Shown here piece after piece: positions 26,560 to 47,718 of a DNA stretch of 64,000 nt. Location: assembly GCF_032444005.1 (NCBI RefSeq), contig NC_091288.1:215574001-215638000 (forward strand). The letters run 5' to 3'. The notes under the pieces were generated by a model. It saw only the letters and a list, made by a program, of their open reading frames with translations, ran no database searches and was not told the origin of the DNA. Origin of the DNA: Ranitomeya imitator. Taxonomy: Eukaryota. Within the stretch, counting starts at the first letter, position 1, and each line of letters begins with the position of its first letter. Both the position numbers and the translations under genes were made by a program.

Positions 26560-26948
26560 ACCCTTCCCTGTTCTGACGTCACTAACAGTCACCGCCTACT
26601 TTACCGCCGTGACATTCCACCAATCAACAACGACTTCACCATTACCCAATCAGAGCGCAGATGGTGGGCGTGTCTTTATCCCACGCACACGCAACGGAAA
26701 GAGGCGTGGTCCGGATGTAAAGAAAAAAAAAAGTTCGAATTCCTCCGTCATCCTCAGCCAATCGGATCGGTCGCTTCTGGCTGACGCATGCGCGCTGCGT
26801 GCTCCGCCTCCATTCACAGAAGTATCGCCGCCGTCTCCGGGGAGAGGCCTTGTCGTGCGTACGGTGACGTCATTAGCCGGCGGAGCTCGGGACCGGCTGC
26901 ACACGTGATCGCCTCCTACTCGGGACTGTTGCGGCTTTCACTGAGACC
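26560..26948 (+). promoter_or_regulatory. PPP1CA: CpG-rich promoter/5' UTR of PPP1CA
   Basis: Full CRE palindromes TGACGTCA at 26574-26581 and 26865-26872, three CCAAT boxes, an NRF1-like GCATGCGC, and CpG enrichment directly upstream of the ATG. Confidence 0.7.
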
Positions 26949-35425
<8,477 letters not shown>

Positions 35426-36489
35426 TGACCCCCTTCCTCTCCCTCCTTCCCCTACGTAGCCCCTTCCCCTTTATTTTCCCCCCTGACACACTGACATTGG
35501 CCTCTATTCCTCCTCGGAGGAGGACTCTGATGGGCTGGGAGACTTCGTGTTACCTTGCACTGACCCCCAGGGGCTCCAGGTGCATGGATGAAGACCACCT
35601 GCCGCAGGAGCCGTCTCTGCCTTAACCCCATGGACGCGGCGGGCAGGAAGCTGCCGGATGAGAGGTGCAGAGTCCATGCCTCCTCTTGGTGCCTTACTGC
35701 AGTGTGGTGACTTACGGCAGACGCAATCTCAGGGCTTTTCTTGCACCCAGACGCCATCGCGTTCCTCAGCCTTGTGTCAGCATTCATTTTACGTTGCCTT
35801 TTCTCTTTATTTTAATGTCTTGGAAACTGTGCCCGTCGTGGAGAGCGGCGGCTGAGGTCGGCACCCTGCGGCATTGCCAGTTTTAACCATTTAATGGCCC
35901 GGCTTGGAGCCACCGGGTGCCCACCTCTTTAGATCAGGTCTTTGTTCCTGGTGGTAAGGATTGCTCAGAGCAGCCCTGTCTGCCTCCGGCCCGGCCCGCT
36001 GTTCTACGTCTTGACCTCACTTGTTCTCCAGGAGTAAAAGTAAAACCACTTTGCTGGATTCATGTTTCCCCTCCGGTGACCCCACATGTGAGGCGTTTAA
36101 TGTCTGCTACACGTGCGGGACCACCAGTGGGCCGGGTGGGGGGCTCGGAGAAGGTGGCATTGTACCCAGCTGTATGGGGACGGGGGTGAATCTTACTGCT
36201 GACATATCTTGCACTTGCGTCTGATTGTACGGATCCTATGTTTGGTGTCAGTCGCGAACCTGTAGGCCGGGTGATGCCCGCGGGGGGCCGGGGGTCCGTG
36301 ACTGCACCAGTGAATGCTGGAGATACACAATCTGTCTACCTGAACCGCTGCTGGGAACGTTTTTTTTTTATTATTATTTTGGGGACCAGCTGTGCCCTCG
36401 GATCATGGCCTATAGTGAGGAAGGGGGAACTGTCCGAGTGCTGAAGTCGTGGCTACGGCAGGGACCAGCTGCGAGACTGGATTGTAGCA

Positions 36490-36820
36490 AGTAGGGGTGT
36501 CATGGGATTGTGGGGGGCTCGCTGCGTGCTTGGATTGGGTCAGGGGGAGTGCTGCATGCACAGATCATAGTAGACGGGGGGGCGTCTGTGCGCTTGGATC
36601 GTGGTATACGGGGGTCCTGGCAGCTCGCATGGATCGTGGCATGCTCGGATCCTGGCAGATGGGGACCAGCTGCTCGCTCGGTTCGCAGGATACGGGGGTC
36701 CCGACTGCTTGCTTGGATCGTGGAATGGGGGGGCTGGCTGCTCGCTTGGATCGCAGCATGCGGGGGTCCGGCTGCTTGCTTGGATCGCGGGGGTACGGCT
36801 GCTCGCTCCTATGGGTGTCA
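36490..36820. repeat. Degenerate ~35 bp repeat (GCTGCTYGCTTGGATCG..GGGGG) downstream of the PPP1CA stop
   Basis: The GCTTGGATCG core recurs about 8 times. Confidence 0.55.
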
Positions 36821-37699
36821 CTTTTGCAAAGCTGAAATATTTGCTGGGAGTTCTGTTACTCGATCTGTAGACAATGTCGGCCATCCTCACTGCTCCTGCC
36901 GAGATTGATTTCCATGCATTCTGCTCCAGTCGCAACCAGAGCTGCACTCACAGTCCGACCTCCCATAGTGCACAACGGTTGAGACTTGCCCCTCGCCGAG
37001 ATCCCATGATACTTTGCGCTTCATACTACTAGGCGGTCTGTAAACACTAAACGGCGGGGTGCAGTGCAGGACGGGCGCCCTTAGCATTCTGATTGCAGCT
37101 CTGGCTGTGAGCGGAGCATAAGCCGGGATGCAGCTCAGGATCTGTACATACGAATGATAACGATGTGAACCTACCGCTCAGGGACCAATAGATGCAATGT
37201 AGGGATCAGCGGGGGCCGGTGACAGTAGATGATGGGGGGTGTAGTCCTCGGTCTGTGGAGCCGCCCCAGAGTTTACATAGCGGTTCCTGTTAGGGCCCCG
37301 CAGGCAGCGGACAGGTGGGGGTGGGGCAGGATCGCCGTGTGTCTCTTCCCTATTGAAAAGCTGAATTTTGGCTTTTTAATGAGAACTTTTTATCTTGTCT
37401 GAAATGAAATGAATGTAGAAATAATGGCGGCTCCTGTCTTTCTTTGGATCGGGGGAGGGGAAGATGGCACCCTAAAGAGAAAAATACACTGTTAATGAAC
37501 ACCGCCCAAAGTACTGGTGGTGGAGGGATACAGGGCCTTGCAATAGTCTTCATACCCTGTGCACATTTCCACGTTATATCCACAACCTTAAATGTATTAT
37601 TGTGATTTTCTGTGATACCGACTCGCGTATTTGTGACGTGAGGAGGAAATGATACTGTGGGTTTTCTAATTAATTTAGAAATATAAATCTTGAGAATTG

Positions 37700-38220
37700 G
37701 GCTGTGTATCTAACAGGTTTTCCTCCAGGATGGCCCTGTATTTAGCTCCATCCATCTTCCCATTACCTTTGACCAGCTTCCCTGCCCCTGCTGAAGAAAA
37801 GCCTCCCCACAGCAGGATGCTGCCTCCACTATGTGTGACGGTGTGGATGGTGTTTTCAGGGTGATGTGCAGTGTTAGTTTTCTGCCAACCATAGCCTTTT
37901 GTATTTAGCTGGAAAAGTTCTCCTTTGATCTTATCAGACCACAGCTCCTTTCTCCACATTGTACGGCTTTCAAAAGCGTCTTCTTGTCTCTTCCTTAAAG
38001 GCCAGATTTGTGGACTATACGACTAATCGTTGTCCTGTGGATCTCTGCAGGTCCTCCACAGTGACCATGGGCCTCTCGGTTCCTTCTCTAGTGCTCTCCT
38101 AGCTTTAGATGTCAGGTTAGGTGGACGGCCATGTCGTGGTAAGTCTGCAGTTCAGCCATACTCCTTCTGTTTTTGGCTGATGGATTGACCAGTGCTCGGT
38201 GAGATCTTTAAGAGCTTGGG
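37700..38220 (-). mobile_element. Tc1/mariner transposase fragment
   Basis: WRKELWSD..TAHHPENTIHTVTHSGGSILLWGGFSSAGAGKLV..MDGAKYRAILEENLL, a decayed DDE-domain segment. Confidence 0.85.
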
Positions 38221-38947
38221 ATATTTTTTTTTATACAAAGAAAGTCCACCTCACCGTAGAAGACAACCCGTGGTGGTCGGAGCACAAAAACCGCGTCCGA
38301 GCGTAGGGCAGTTGAATAAACTGGAAAAGATCCAGCTCCACGGAATTGTGAACAAACTTTTTTGAGCGAGACAAGTTCCATGAGATGCGACATCGACGCG
38401 TTTTAGGTGACTGCGCCCCCTGAATCCTGATGTCAGACATTTTGGTGAGTAAAGGTTCCAGTGCGAACGCCGGTCTGCCTCCCCAGGACTCCGTCTCCCC
38501 CCGAATTTTCCGATTACGTCTCACATTTATCCATCGAATTGGCAAAATCTGAAAGGATTTTATAAGTTTGGCGCGACATTATGTAAAACTTGCAAATATT
38601 CTCACAAATGTCAACTTTTTACAGATTCCAACCACACAAACAGTTTTCCAATAAAAACGTTCCTCAACTGAAACCCAATAATGTAATTTACACGACATAG
38701 AGAATATCCAACTCCAAGAAGAGAGCGCCGCCTAGTGGGGGCTGCAGGGAGCACTTTACAGGTTGCAGCACGTGGTGCCTGGGATTGCGGAGGATTCTGC
38801 AGATAAAACCTCTTCATGGTGTAAAACTGACAACATTTATATAGAAAAATACTTTATTATGACGATTGCCATCACTTCTATACAAGCAGCGTCACCACTC
38901 CAGCCCCCTCCGGAGCCACTGATGAAGGTTCCCTGTGACCTCAGTGC

Positions 38948-41900
38948 TCAGCTGGTGGCCCTGGAGCGAGGGTTCGGGCCGCGTCTCGTCAGGTCAGTGA
39001 AGGTGACCCACGTCTGGAGAGCGGAGGTGTCGTTACACTGTAGAAGGGAAATGGTTGTCAGTACATAGCTCCACCCTGCGGGGTCACACCGGCTGCAGAC
39101 ATTCACGGCTCCACCCTGCGGGGTCACACTGGCTGCAGACACAGGGCCACCCTGCAGGATCACCCCAGCTACAGACACAGCTCCACCCTCCAGGGGTCAC
39201 CCCAGCTACAGACACAGCTCCACCCTGCGGGGTCACACCAGCTGCAGACACGGCTCCACCCTGCGGGGTCACACCAGCTACAGACACAGCTCCACCCTCC
39301 AGGGGTCACACTGGCTGCAGACACAGGGCCACCCTGCAGGATCACCCCAGCTACAGACACAGCTCCACCCTGCGGGGTCACACCGGCTGCAGACACAGCT
39401 CCACCCTGCGGGGTCACACCAGCTGCAGACACGGCTCCACCCTGCGGGGTCACACCAGCTACAGACACAGCTCCACCCTCCAGGGGTCACACCGGCTGCA
39501 GACACAGCTCCACCCTGCGGGGTCACACCAGCTGCAGACACGGCTCCACCCTGCGGGGTCACACCAGCTACAGACACAGCTCCACCCTCCAGGGGTCACA
39601 CCAGCTGCAGACACGGCTCCACCCTGCGGGGTCACTCCAGCTGCAGACACGGCTCCACCCTCCTGGGGTCACACTGGCTGCAGACACAGGGCCACCCTGC
39701 AGGATCACCCCAGGTACAGACACAGGGCCACCCTGCGGGGGTCACACCGGCTGCAGACAAGGCTCCACCCTCCGGGGATCACACCAGCTGCAGACACGGC
39801 TCCACCCTGCGGGGTCACACTGGCTGCAGACACGGCTCCACCCTGCAGGGTCACCCCGGCTACAGACAGCTCCACCCTGCGGGGTCACACCGGCTGCAGG
39901 CACGGCTCCACCCTGCGGGGTCACACCGGCTACAGACACGGCTCCACCCTGCGGGGTCACACCGGCTACAGACACGGCTCCACCCTGCGGGGTCACACCA
40001 GCTGCAGACAGGGCTCCACCCTCCAGGGGTCACACCGGCTGCAGACACGGCTCCACCCTCCAGGGGTCACACCGGCTGCAGACACGGCTCCACCCTCCAG
40101 GGGTCACACCGGCTGCAGGCACAGCTCCACCCTGCAAGGTCACACTGGCTGCAGACACAGCTCCACCCTGCGGGGTCACACCAGCTACAGACACAGCTCC
40201 ACCCTGCGGGGTCACACCGGCTGCAGACACGGCTCCACCCTGCGGGGTCACACCGGCTGCAGACACGGCTCCACCCTGCGGGGTCACACCGGCTGCAGAC
40301 ACGGCTCCACCCTGTGGGATCACCCCAGCTACAGACACAGCTCCACCCTCCGGGGGTCACACCGGCTGCAGACAGGGCTCCACCCTCCAGGGGTCACCCC
40401 AGCTACAGACACAGCTCCACCCTGCGGGGTCACACCGGCTGCAGACACAGCTCCACCCTGCGGGGTCACCCCAGCTACAGACACAGCTCCACCCTGCGGG
40501 GTCACACTGGCTGCAGACACAGCTCCACCCTGCGGGGTCACACCGGCTGCAGACACAGCTCCACCCTGCGGGGGTCACACCAGCTGCAGACACGGCTCCA
40601 CCCTCCGGGGGTCACACCGGCTGCAGACACGGCTCCACCCTGCGGGGTCACACTGGCTGCAGACACAGCTCCACCCTGCAGGATCACCCCAGCTACAGAC
40701 ACAGCTCCACCCTCCGGGGGTCACACCGGCTGCAGACAGGGCTCCACCCTCCAGGGGTCACACCGGCTGCAGACACAGCTCCACCCTGCGGGGTCACACC
40801 GGCTGCAGACACAGCTCCACCCTGCGGGGTCACACCGGCTACAGACACAGCTCCACCCTGCGGGGTCACACCGGCTGCAGACAGGGCTCCACCCTCCAGG
40901 GGTCACACCGGCTGCAGACATTCACGGCTCCACCCTGTGGGATCACCCCAGCTGCAGACACGGCTCCACCCTGTGGGATCACACCAGCTGCAGACACGGC
41001 TCCACCCTGTGGGATCACACCGGCTGCAGACACGGCTCCACCCTGCAAGGTCACACTGGCTGCAGACACAGGGCCACCCTGCAGGATCATCCCAGCTACA
41101 GACACGGCTCCACCCTGCGGGGTCACACCAGCTGCAGACACGGCTCCACCCTGCGGGGTCACACCGGCTGCAGACACGGCTCCACCCTGCAAGGTCACAC
41201 TGGCTGCAGACACAGGGCCACCCTGCAGGATCATCCCAGCTACAGACACGGCTCCACCCTGCGGGGTCACACCAGCTGCAGACACGGCTCCACCCTGCGG
41301 GGTCACACCGGCTGCAGACACGGCTCCACCCTCCAGGGGTCACACTGGCTACAGACACAGCTCCACCCTGCGGGATCACAGCGGCTGCAGACAAGGCTCC
41401 ACCCTGCGGGGTCACACCGGCTGCAGACAGTCACGGCTCCACCCTGCGGGATCACAGCGGCTGCAGACACGGCTCCACCCTGCGGGGTCACACCGGCTGC
41501 AGACATTCACAGCTCCACCCTGCGGGATCACACCGGCTGCAGACATTCACGGCTCCACCCTGCGGGGTCACACCGGCTGCAGGCACAGCTCCACCCTGCG
41601 GGGTCACACCAGCTGCAGACACTCACAGCTCCACCCTGCGGGGTCACACCGGCTGCAGACATTCACGGCTCCACCCTGCGGGATCACACCAGCTGCAGAC
41701 AAGGCTCCACCCTGCGGGGTCACACCGGCTGCAGACATTCACAGCTCCACCCTGCGGGGTCACACCGGCTGCAGACATTCACAGCTCCACCCTGCGGGGT
41801 CACAGCGGCTGCAGACACGGCTCCACCCTGCGGGGTCACACCGGCTGCAGACACGGCTCCACCCTGCGGGGTCACACCGGCTGCAGGCACAGCTCCACCC

Positions 41901-44900
41901 TGCGGGGTCACACCAGCTGCAGACACTCACAGCTCCACCCTGCGGGGTCACACCGGCTGCAGACATTCACGGCTCCACCCTGCGGGATCACACCAGCTGC
42001 AGACAAGGCTCCACCCTGCGGGGTCACACCGGCTGCAGGCACAGCTCCACCCTGCGGGGTCACACCGGCTGCAGACATTCACAGCTCCACCCTGCGGGGT
42101 CACACCGGCTGCAGACATTCACAGCTCCACCCTGCGGGGTCACACCGGCTGCAGACATTCACAGCTCCACCCTGCGGGGTCACACCGGCTGCAGACACTC
42201 ACCTGGACAAGCTGACACCTGAAGACAAACCGAGCCCCGACAACCTGGGACTGAGGATTGGACTGGAGGCCGACCCTCGCCCACAGGATCTGCATATGCA
42301 GGGAGGTGGGGATGAGACAGGCGGAGGCGCAGTCACCCTGAGGACAGAGGAGCGGCATCAGGATCATACACTACTCCAGTCACAGCCAGAGCTGCAATGA
42401 CTGACATCACAGAGGTGCACTGTGGGAGATGCAGCATATTGCCATTGATGATGCCTGTTCTGGCACCACAAGTCTCGGCACACCCTGCCTGAATGCTGGC
42501 ACTTGTGGTTAGCAGCAGCTATGTATGAGGGGTCACCTGGAGGCTGCAGTTCTGGTAGATGATGGTCGTCCGGTCCCCATCCTGTCCTGCGGTGACGTTC
42601 CCGAGCATGGCCAGGCTCCCCGGCGCTTGTCCCCCGAGCAGCAGCTGGTAGGCCCGGGCATGGAGGTCGTCGCAGGTCTCCGCATCTCTCCCGCTGTGGA
42701 GTGACACTGGTTACTACTTCATTACACATCGGGTAAGACCATGAAGGATGGAGCACTCACCGCATCACACAGCCGCTCAGAGCGTTCACCCCAAACTGCA
42801 CGTCGCTGCGGCTGCAAGAGTCGCCCACCACAGACCGCAACATGGAGAGCTGCGGGAGTCAGGAGCAATAACGCCATGAGTACAGCGGGGGGCGCTGAAG
42901 AGCGGGGATGGGGCAGTGCCACATTGGGCAGGACTTGGGTACAAACATGGCACTGGGGTAATGAAGGATACGTGGCCGATATCACTCAGCACTGGGCGTC
43001 CAACCAGATATCCCGGGTTCCCGCTCCTCGACTGGGCAGGACCCTGCGACGCGGAAGCTGCCGGCTGTGGAAGAGAGAGAGACGTCACGGCGCACAGCAG
43101 AAGAGCAGCAAAGTGTCCAATACGGCCGTGATCTCCAACCTAAGGAACAACTACAAGTACCAGCATGACGGAGTGAACGGCTCTGTGTACGGCAAGCAGG
43201 ACGCACCTTGTACACCACAGAGAAGGACTGGCGGAGGAGGGCGCTCCCCGCGGATACATTGCTGAGGGTGAAGGATACGCTCACGTCCGTGATGCCCTGC
43301 GTGCCATTGTATAGCACCGTGTAGATCACCTGGCACAGAAATAGAGAAGGTCAGGACCCTCGGGGGCCACATAGCTGTGGACAGGTCAGGCTGACCATCG
43401 GCCTATAGTGGTGCAATCACCTGGGTAACCACGTTATCACAGACGTCTCCTCGCAGGACGGGGGTCTCAGTCACGTCACTGGTGATGGGGACCTGAGGAC
43501 AGAGCACAGAGCGGTGAGGAGGGTCTCAGGAGAACGACCCCCATCCTCCCAGCAGACCCTTCTCTGACCCTTATGGCCCCCTGATCAGTCGCATCCGCTG
43601 GGACCCTCAGTACAGCCGTGTCCTGGTGATAAAATGACGGCGACAAGGAGAGGTCGGTCTCACAGGCGGCGGCCACACTGCCGAGCGCACGGACACAGGA
43701 CGTCACGTCATTCTGCAGGAACTCTGGGAAATAAACACATAATTATACAAGGACAGGATACAAATCGAGTCTGACAGGAGCAGCAGCTGCAGGGAAAACA
43801 TGGAGGTAGATCCTCTCTGCAGCTGCACCGATCACTGCAGTGTGAGTGCGCTGTAATCACTGCTCTGCGCGCACTGCGGAGCAGGCGGTCAATCGATGTG
43901 CCGGGGAGTGATCACTGGAGGCAGCGGCTGCTGGGAGAATTCACCTTCATTTTCTTCCTGCAGCTGCTGCTCCGATAAATCAGCCGGACAGGATCTCACC
44001 GCTATCTATATCTACAGGTAATCTGGAGGTGACGGGTCCCTATAATTCGCGTGTCGTCCCTACCAGTCATATGAGGGTAGTCTCAGGTTGGGGGGATCAC
44101 ACGGAGGGGCCGTCTGTCCGGGACACGTCATCACTGGTGGTGACTGGCCCAGCGCTGCCCCTTACTGGCCACAAACTAGTAGCTTCCTGTCACTTATTAG
44201 CCACTTACTTGCCGGGTTGCCATCTGCACACAGACCCTGATTCCCCAGAGCCGCCGGCTGCCTCAATGCTCCCAACACCCCGGACGTGGAGACGGTGAGA
44301 ACGGGATCACCGGCCTAAGAGGAGAATATAGGAAATGAGAGCGCGCTCGCACCCCGAGATGAGGGCGCCCGGACTGCGGAGGCTCCAGACTCACCCGATA
44401 GAAGGCGGAGAACACAGAGGTGGTGGCCGAGGCCGGAAAGAAGGACGCCCCTCTGAACGGGCCACTGACGGCGGCGAAGTTCTCTGCATCCACCCTCCGA
44501 GGGGCCACAAAGTAATTCACCGAGGCTGAAATCAGAGAGAACGTCACAGCGGGCGGCTGATACCGGGGGCAGGAACCAGCGGGCGGCTGATACCGGGGGC
44601 AGGAACCAGCGGGCGGCTGATACCGGGAGATATCGGAGGGTGGGAACCAGCGGGCGGGAGCACCGGAGGGCTGGAACCAGCGGATGGCAAATACTGAAGG
44701 GCAGGAACCAGCGGGCGGCAAATACCGGAGAGCAGGAACTAGCGGGCGGCGGACACCGGAGGGCAGGAACCAATGGGCGGGAGATATCGGAGGCAGGAAC
44801 CAGCGGGTGGCGGATACCGGGAGACACCGGAGGGCAGGAACCAGCGGGCGGCGGATACCGGGAGATACGGGAGGGCAGGAACCAGCGGGCGGCTGATACC

Positions 44901-46767
44901 GGAGGGTGGGAAACAGCGGGCGCCGGACCGGGAGATACTGAGGGCAGGAACCAGCGGGCGGCGGATATCGGGGGCAGGAACCAGCGGGCGGCGGACACCG
45001 GAGGGCAGGAACCAATGGGCGGGAGATATCGGAGGCAGGAACCAGCGGGTGGCGGATACCGGGAGACACCGGAGGGCAGGAACCAGCGGGCGGCGGATAC
45101 CGGGAGATACGGGAGGGCAGGAACCAGCGGGCGGCGGATACCGGGAGATACGGGAGGGCAGGAACCAGCGGGCGGCTGATACCGGAGGGTAGGAAACAGC
45201 GGGCGCCGGACCGGGAGATACTGAGGGCAGGAACCAGCGGGCGGCGGATACCGGAGGAATGAACCAGCGGGCGGCGGATACCGGGGGCAGGAACCAGCTG
45301 GCGGCAGATACCGGAGGGCGGGAACCAGCGGGAGGCGGATACCGATGGCAGGAACCAGCGGGAGGCGGATACCGAGGGCAGGAATCAGCGGGAGGCAGAT
45401 ACCGGAGGGCGGGAAAGAGCGGGCGGCGGATACCGGAGGACGGGAACCAGCGGGAGGCGGATACCGAGGGCAGGAATCAGCGGGAGGCAGATACCGGAGG
45501 GCGGGAAACAGCGGGAGGCGGATACCGAGGGCAGGAATCAGCGGGAGGCGGATACCGGAGGGCGGGAAACAGCGGCGCTGGATCGGGAGATACTGGGGGC
45601 AGGAACCAGCGGCGCCGGACTGAGAGATAGCGGGGCAGGAACCAGCGGGCGGCTGATACCGGAGGCAGAACCAGCGGGCAGCTGATACCAGAGGGCGGGA
45701 ATCAGCGGGCAGCGGATACCGGAGACAGGAACCAGCGGGCGGCTGATACCGGGAAATACCGGAGGGCGGGAACCAGCGGGCGGCTTATACTGGGGGCAGG
45801 AACCAGCGGGAGGCGGATACCGGAATGCGGGAACCAGCGGGCGGCTGATACTGGGGGCAGGAACCAGCGGGAGGCGGATACTGGAATGCGGGAACCAGCG
45901 GGCGCCGGACCGGGTCCTTACCATCAGCCGAGGAGACGCAGAACAGCTGTGCGGGGGCCGCGCCCAGGAGGGCGGAGGGGTACGGGGTGTTATTTCGAAA
46001 GATCAGCCAGTTATAGAGACACGTCCAGCGCTCCGCCCTGCGGGAAATCACAGGTGACAGTGAGGACATCTACTGCTCTCTGGTATCAGCCAGGTGAAGT
46101 GATGAGGCTGACACTAGGCACAATGAATCTACTGCTTTGGTAGATTTGGGGCCGGGGCCTGTAATAAGTATCCAGGGGTCTCCTTACTTGGTGCTCCCGG
46201 GTAAACAGAAGGAGAAGACGTTTGTGGGGTCCCCGGACGCGCAGTCGGGGTCACAGCAGCAGTTAATGTCACAGCTCCCAGGCGACAGGTCACACGTGCA
46301 GATCGTCACACCTGACAGAACAGAAGAAACTTGCATTTACTTGGTATCTGCCACATCCCTTTAAGATGTGATGTCATGCACTTACCCTTTAAGAGATTGT
46401 CTTTTGTCTAGACTTTTGCTTAAAGATATGAAGTCAGACGGCTACTGCTTTCTCTTAAAGGGATAACATAAATCTTATATCTCCTCTTAAAGGGGGTGAG
46501 GTTATGAAGACACTATCCCTATAAGGGTGACGAACTCTACACACTATCCCTTTAACTTCAGGCATGGCGTCACGTAGACGCTTTCTCACTGACTGGACAC
46601 GAGGTGACATCACTCTTCCCTTAAACGTGACGTCACGCAGACACGCCTCCTTTGCAGGTGACGTCACTTTCTCCCCTGTCCCGCCTCTTACCGGTTGCTG
46701 CTCCCGTGCAGCAATGTGCGGCCATGAGAAGCAACAGAGCGCCCGGCGCTACCATCTCCGGAGCCAT
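38948..46767 (-). CDS. TCTN3: Tectonic family member 3 (ciliary transition zone), 13 exons, ~488 aa
   Basis: Exons (high-low): 46767-46692 (signal peptide [23 protein letters not shown]), 46311-46188 ([20 protein letters not shown]), 46037-45922, 44525-44395, 44314-44209, 43723-43569, 43492-43421, 43329-43207, 43064-42972 ([12 protein letters not shown]), 42849-42761 ([11 protein letters not shown]), 42693-42537, 42337-42203, 39037-38948. All are GT-AG and phase-consistent (1467 nt). AATAAA at 38858-38853. [16 protein letters not shown] and [13 protein letters not shown] favour TCTN3 over TCTN1/2. Confidence 0.9.
39066..42200. repeat. 36 bp minisatellite (CTCCACCCTGCGGGGTCACACCGGCTGCAGACACGG), ~85 copies, TCTN3 last intron
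   Basis: Period 36 measured at 40201 and 40237; 40 bp variants carry an extra TTCA/CTCA. Confidence 0.96.
44547..45905. repeat. ~30 bp CpG-rich minisatellite (GCGGGCGGCTGATACCGGGGGCAGGAACCA), TCTN3 intron 3
   Basis: Degenerate tandem units with an internal ~240 bp block duplication (about 44745 and 44987). Confidence 0.9.
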
Positions 46768-46769
46768 TA

Positions 46770-46890
46770 CTAGGCCAAAGCGTCCGGTTACCACAGAAAC
46801 CGCCTAACATGACGTCACTCATGAGCGCCGGAAGTCTCTTCCCCAGGAACTTCCGCTGTCCGCCCTGTGCATGCCGGGAAATGTAGTTCT
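46770..46890 (-). promoter_or_regulatory. TCTN3: TCTN3 promoter
   Basis: X-box-like GTTACCACAGAAAC (46787-46800), CRE TGACGTCA (46810-17), ETS CCGGAAGT (46828-35), and a ZNF143-type GGGAAATGTAGT (46876-87). Confidence 0.7.
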
Positions 46891-47718
46891 AGCACTGGTG
46901 AATGTGTACTCACCAGGGGGAGTCACAAGTGGGATATAACAGTGTAATAATCATATTCTCCTCACCAGTCACCTCCTAGAGCGCAGAGCTGACAGGAATC
47001 CTCAGCAATGTCGGATTTATTTTTCCCAATATCCGGCAGTGTTTACAGGAGGAATGTACACAATGCACAGCGCCCTCTCGTGTCTGTTCTCGGTACTGCA
47101 GCTCCACACTATTCTAGGTATCATTTTCATTTGGGTATGATGGATGAAAACTTTTTAAATCATTTTCTTTTTCACATTTTTTATTGAATTTTTATTCCTT
47201 TTTGCTTTATAAAACATTGTCAGTATCGAAGCTTCCTACCAAGATGTAAAAGTAATGAGCAGAATTATGAGGCAGGTGCCGTGGTCTCAGCCTAAATCAA
47301 AGCTGATCACATCGGGCTCTTTACAGCAGTCGTAAATCAAGACTCTGCTCGTTTACCAATTATCTTTGTTGCCATCTAGTGGTCAATTTGAAAACTGCAA
47401 GTTTTTTTTTTTTTAGGATTAAATTGTGATAACATAATGACTGTATTTGTGAGCTGTGATGGCGTCTCCTCTCTCTGACGCCGGGGCCTCGTCCTCATCC
47501 CTGACCGTCCAGTGCACGAGCTGCTGGAGTTACTGGATGTCAGTTTCAGGGCAGTAAAGTCGCCGTCTGCAGCCCGGGGACGTCCGTGGTCGATATCGCC
47601 GTCCTGCTCCATGGACGCAGCTCTGTGCAGACTGTCGTACTTGTGTATTCAGGTCCCGTCCTGCCCCCCATAGTCCGCACTGATGGCGCCCGTGCTGCCG
47701 CGGGGTCTCGTCTGCTCC

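Noticed and set aside
38840-38950. Stop-codon read-through or frameshift restoring the TCTN3 tail
   Set aside because: Sequence after the stop shows no similarity to the PFDFF motif in any frame and contains the polyA signal.
39055-42400. 1055 aa ORF and overlapping long ORFs
   Set aside because: A 36 bp stop-free repeat antisense to a TCTN3 intron; no domain, start context or splice support.
46340-46625. Cluster of TTAAAGGG/CCCTTTAA motifs resembling T2/Kolobok MITE ends
   Set aside because: I could not pair the termini into a defined element with a TTAA duplication.
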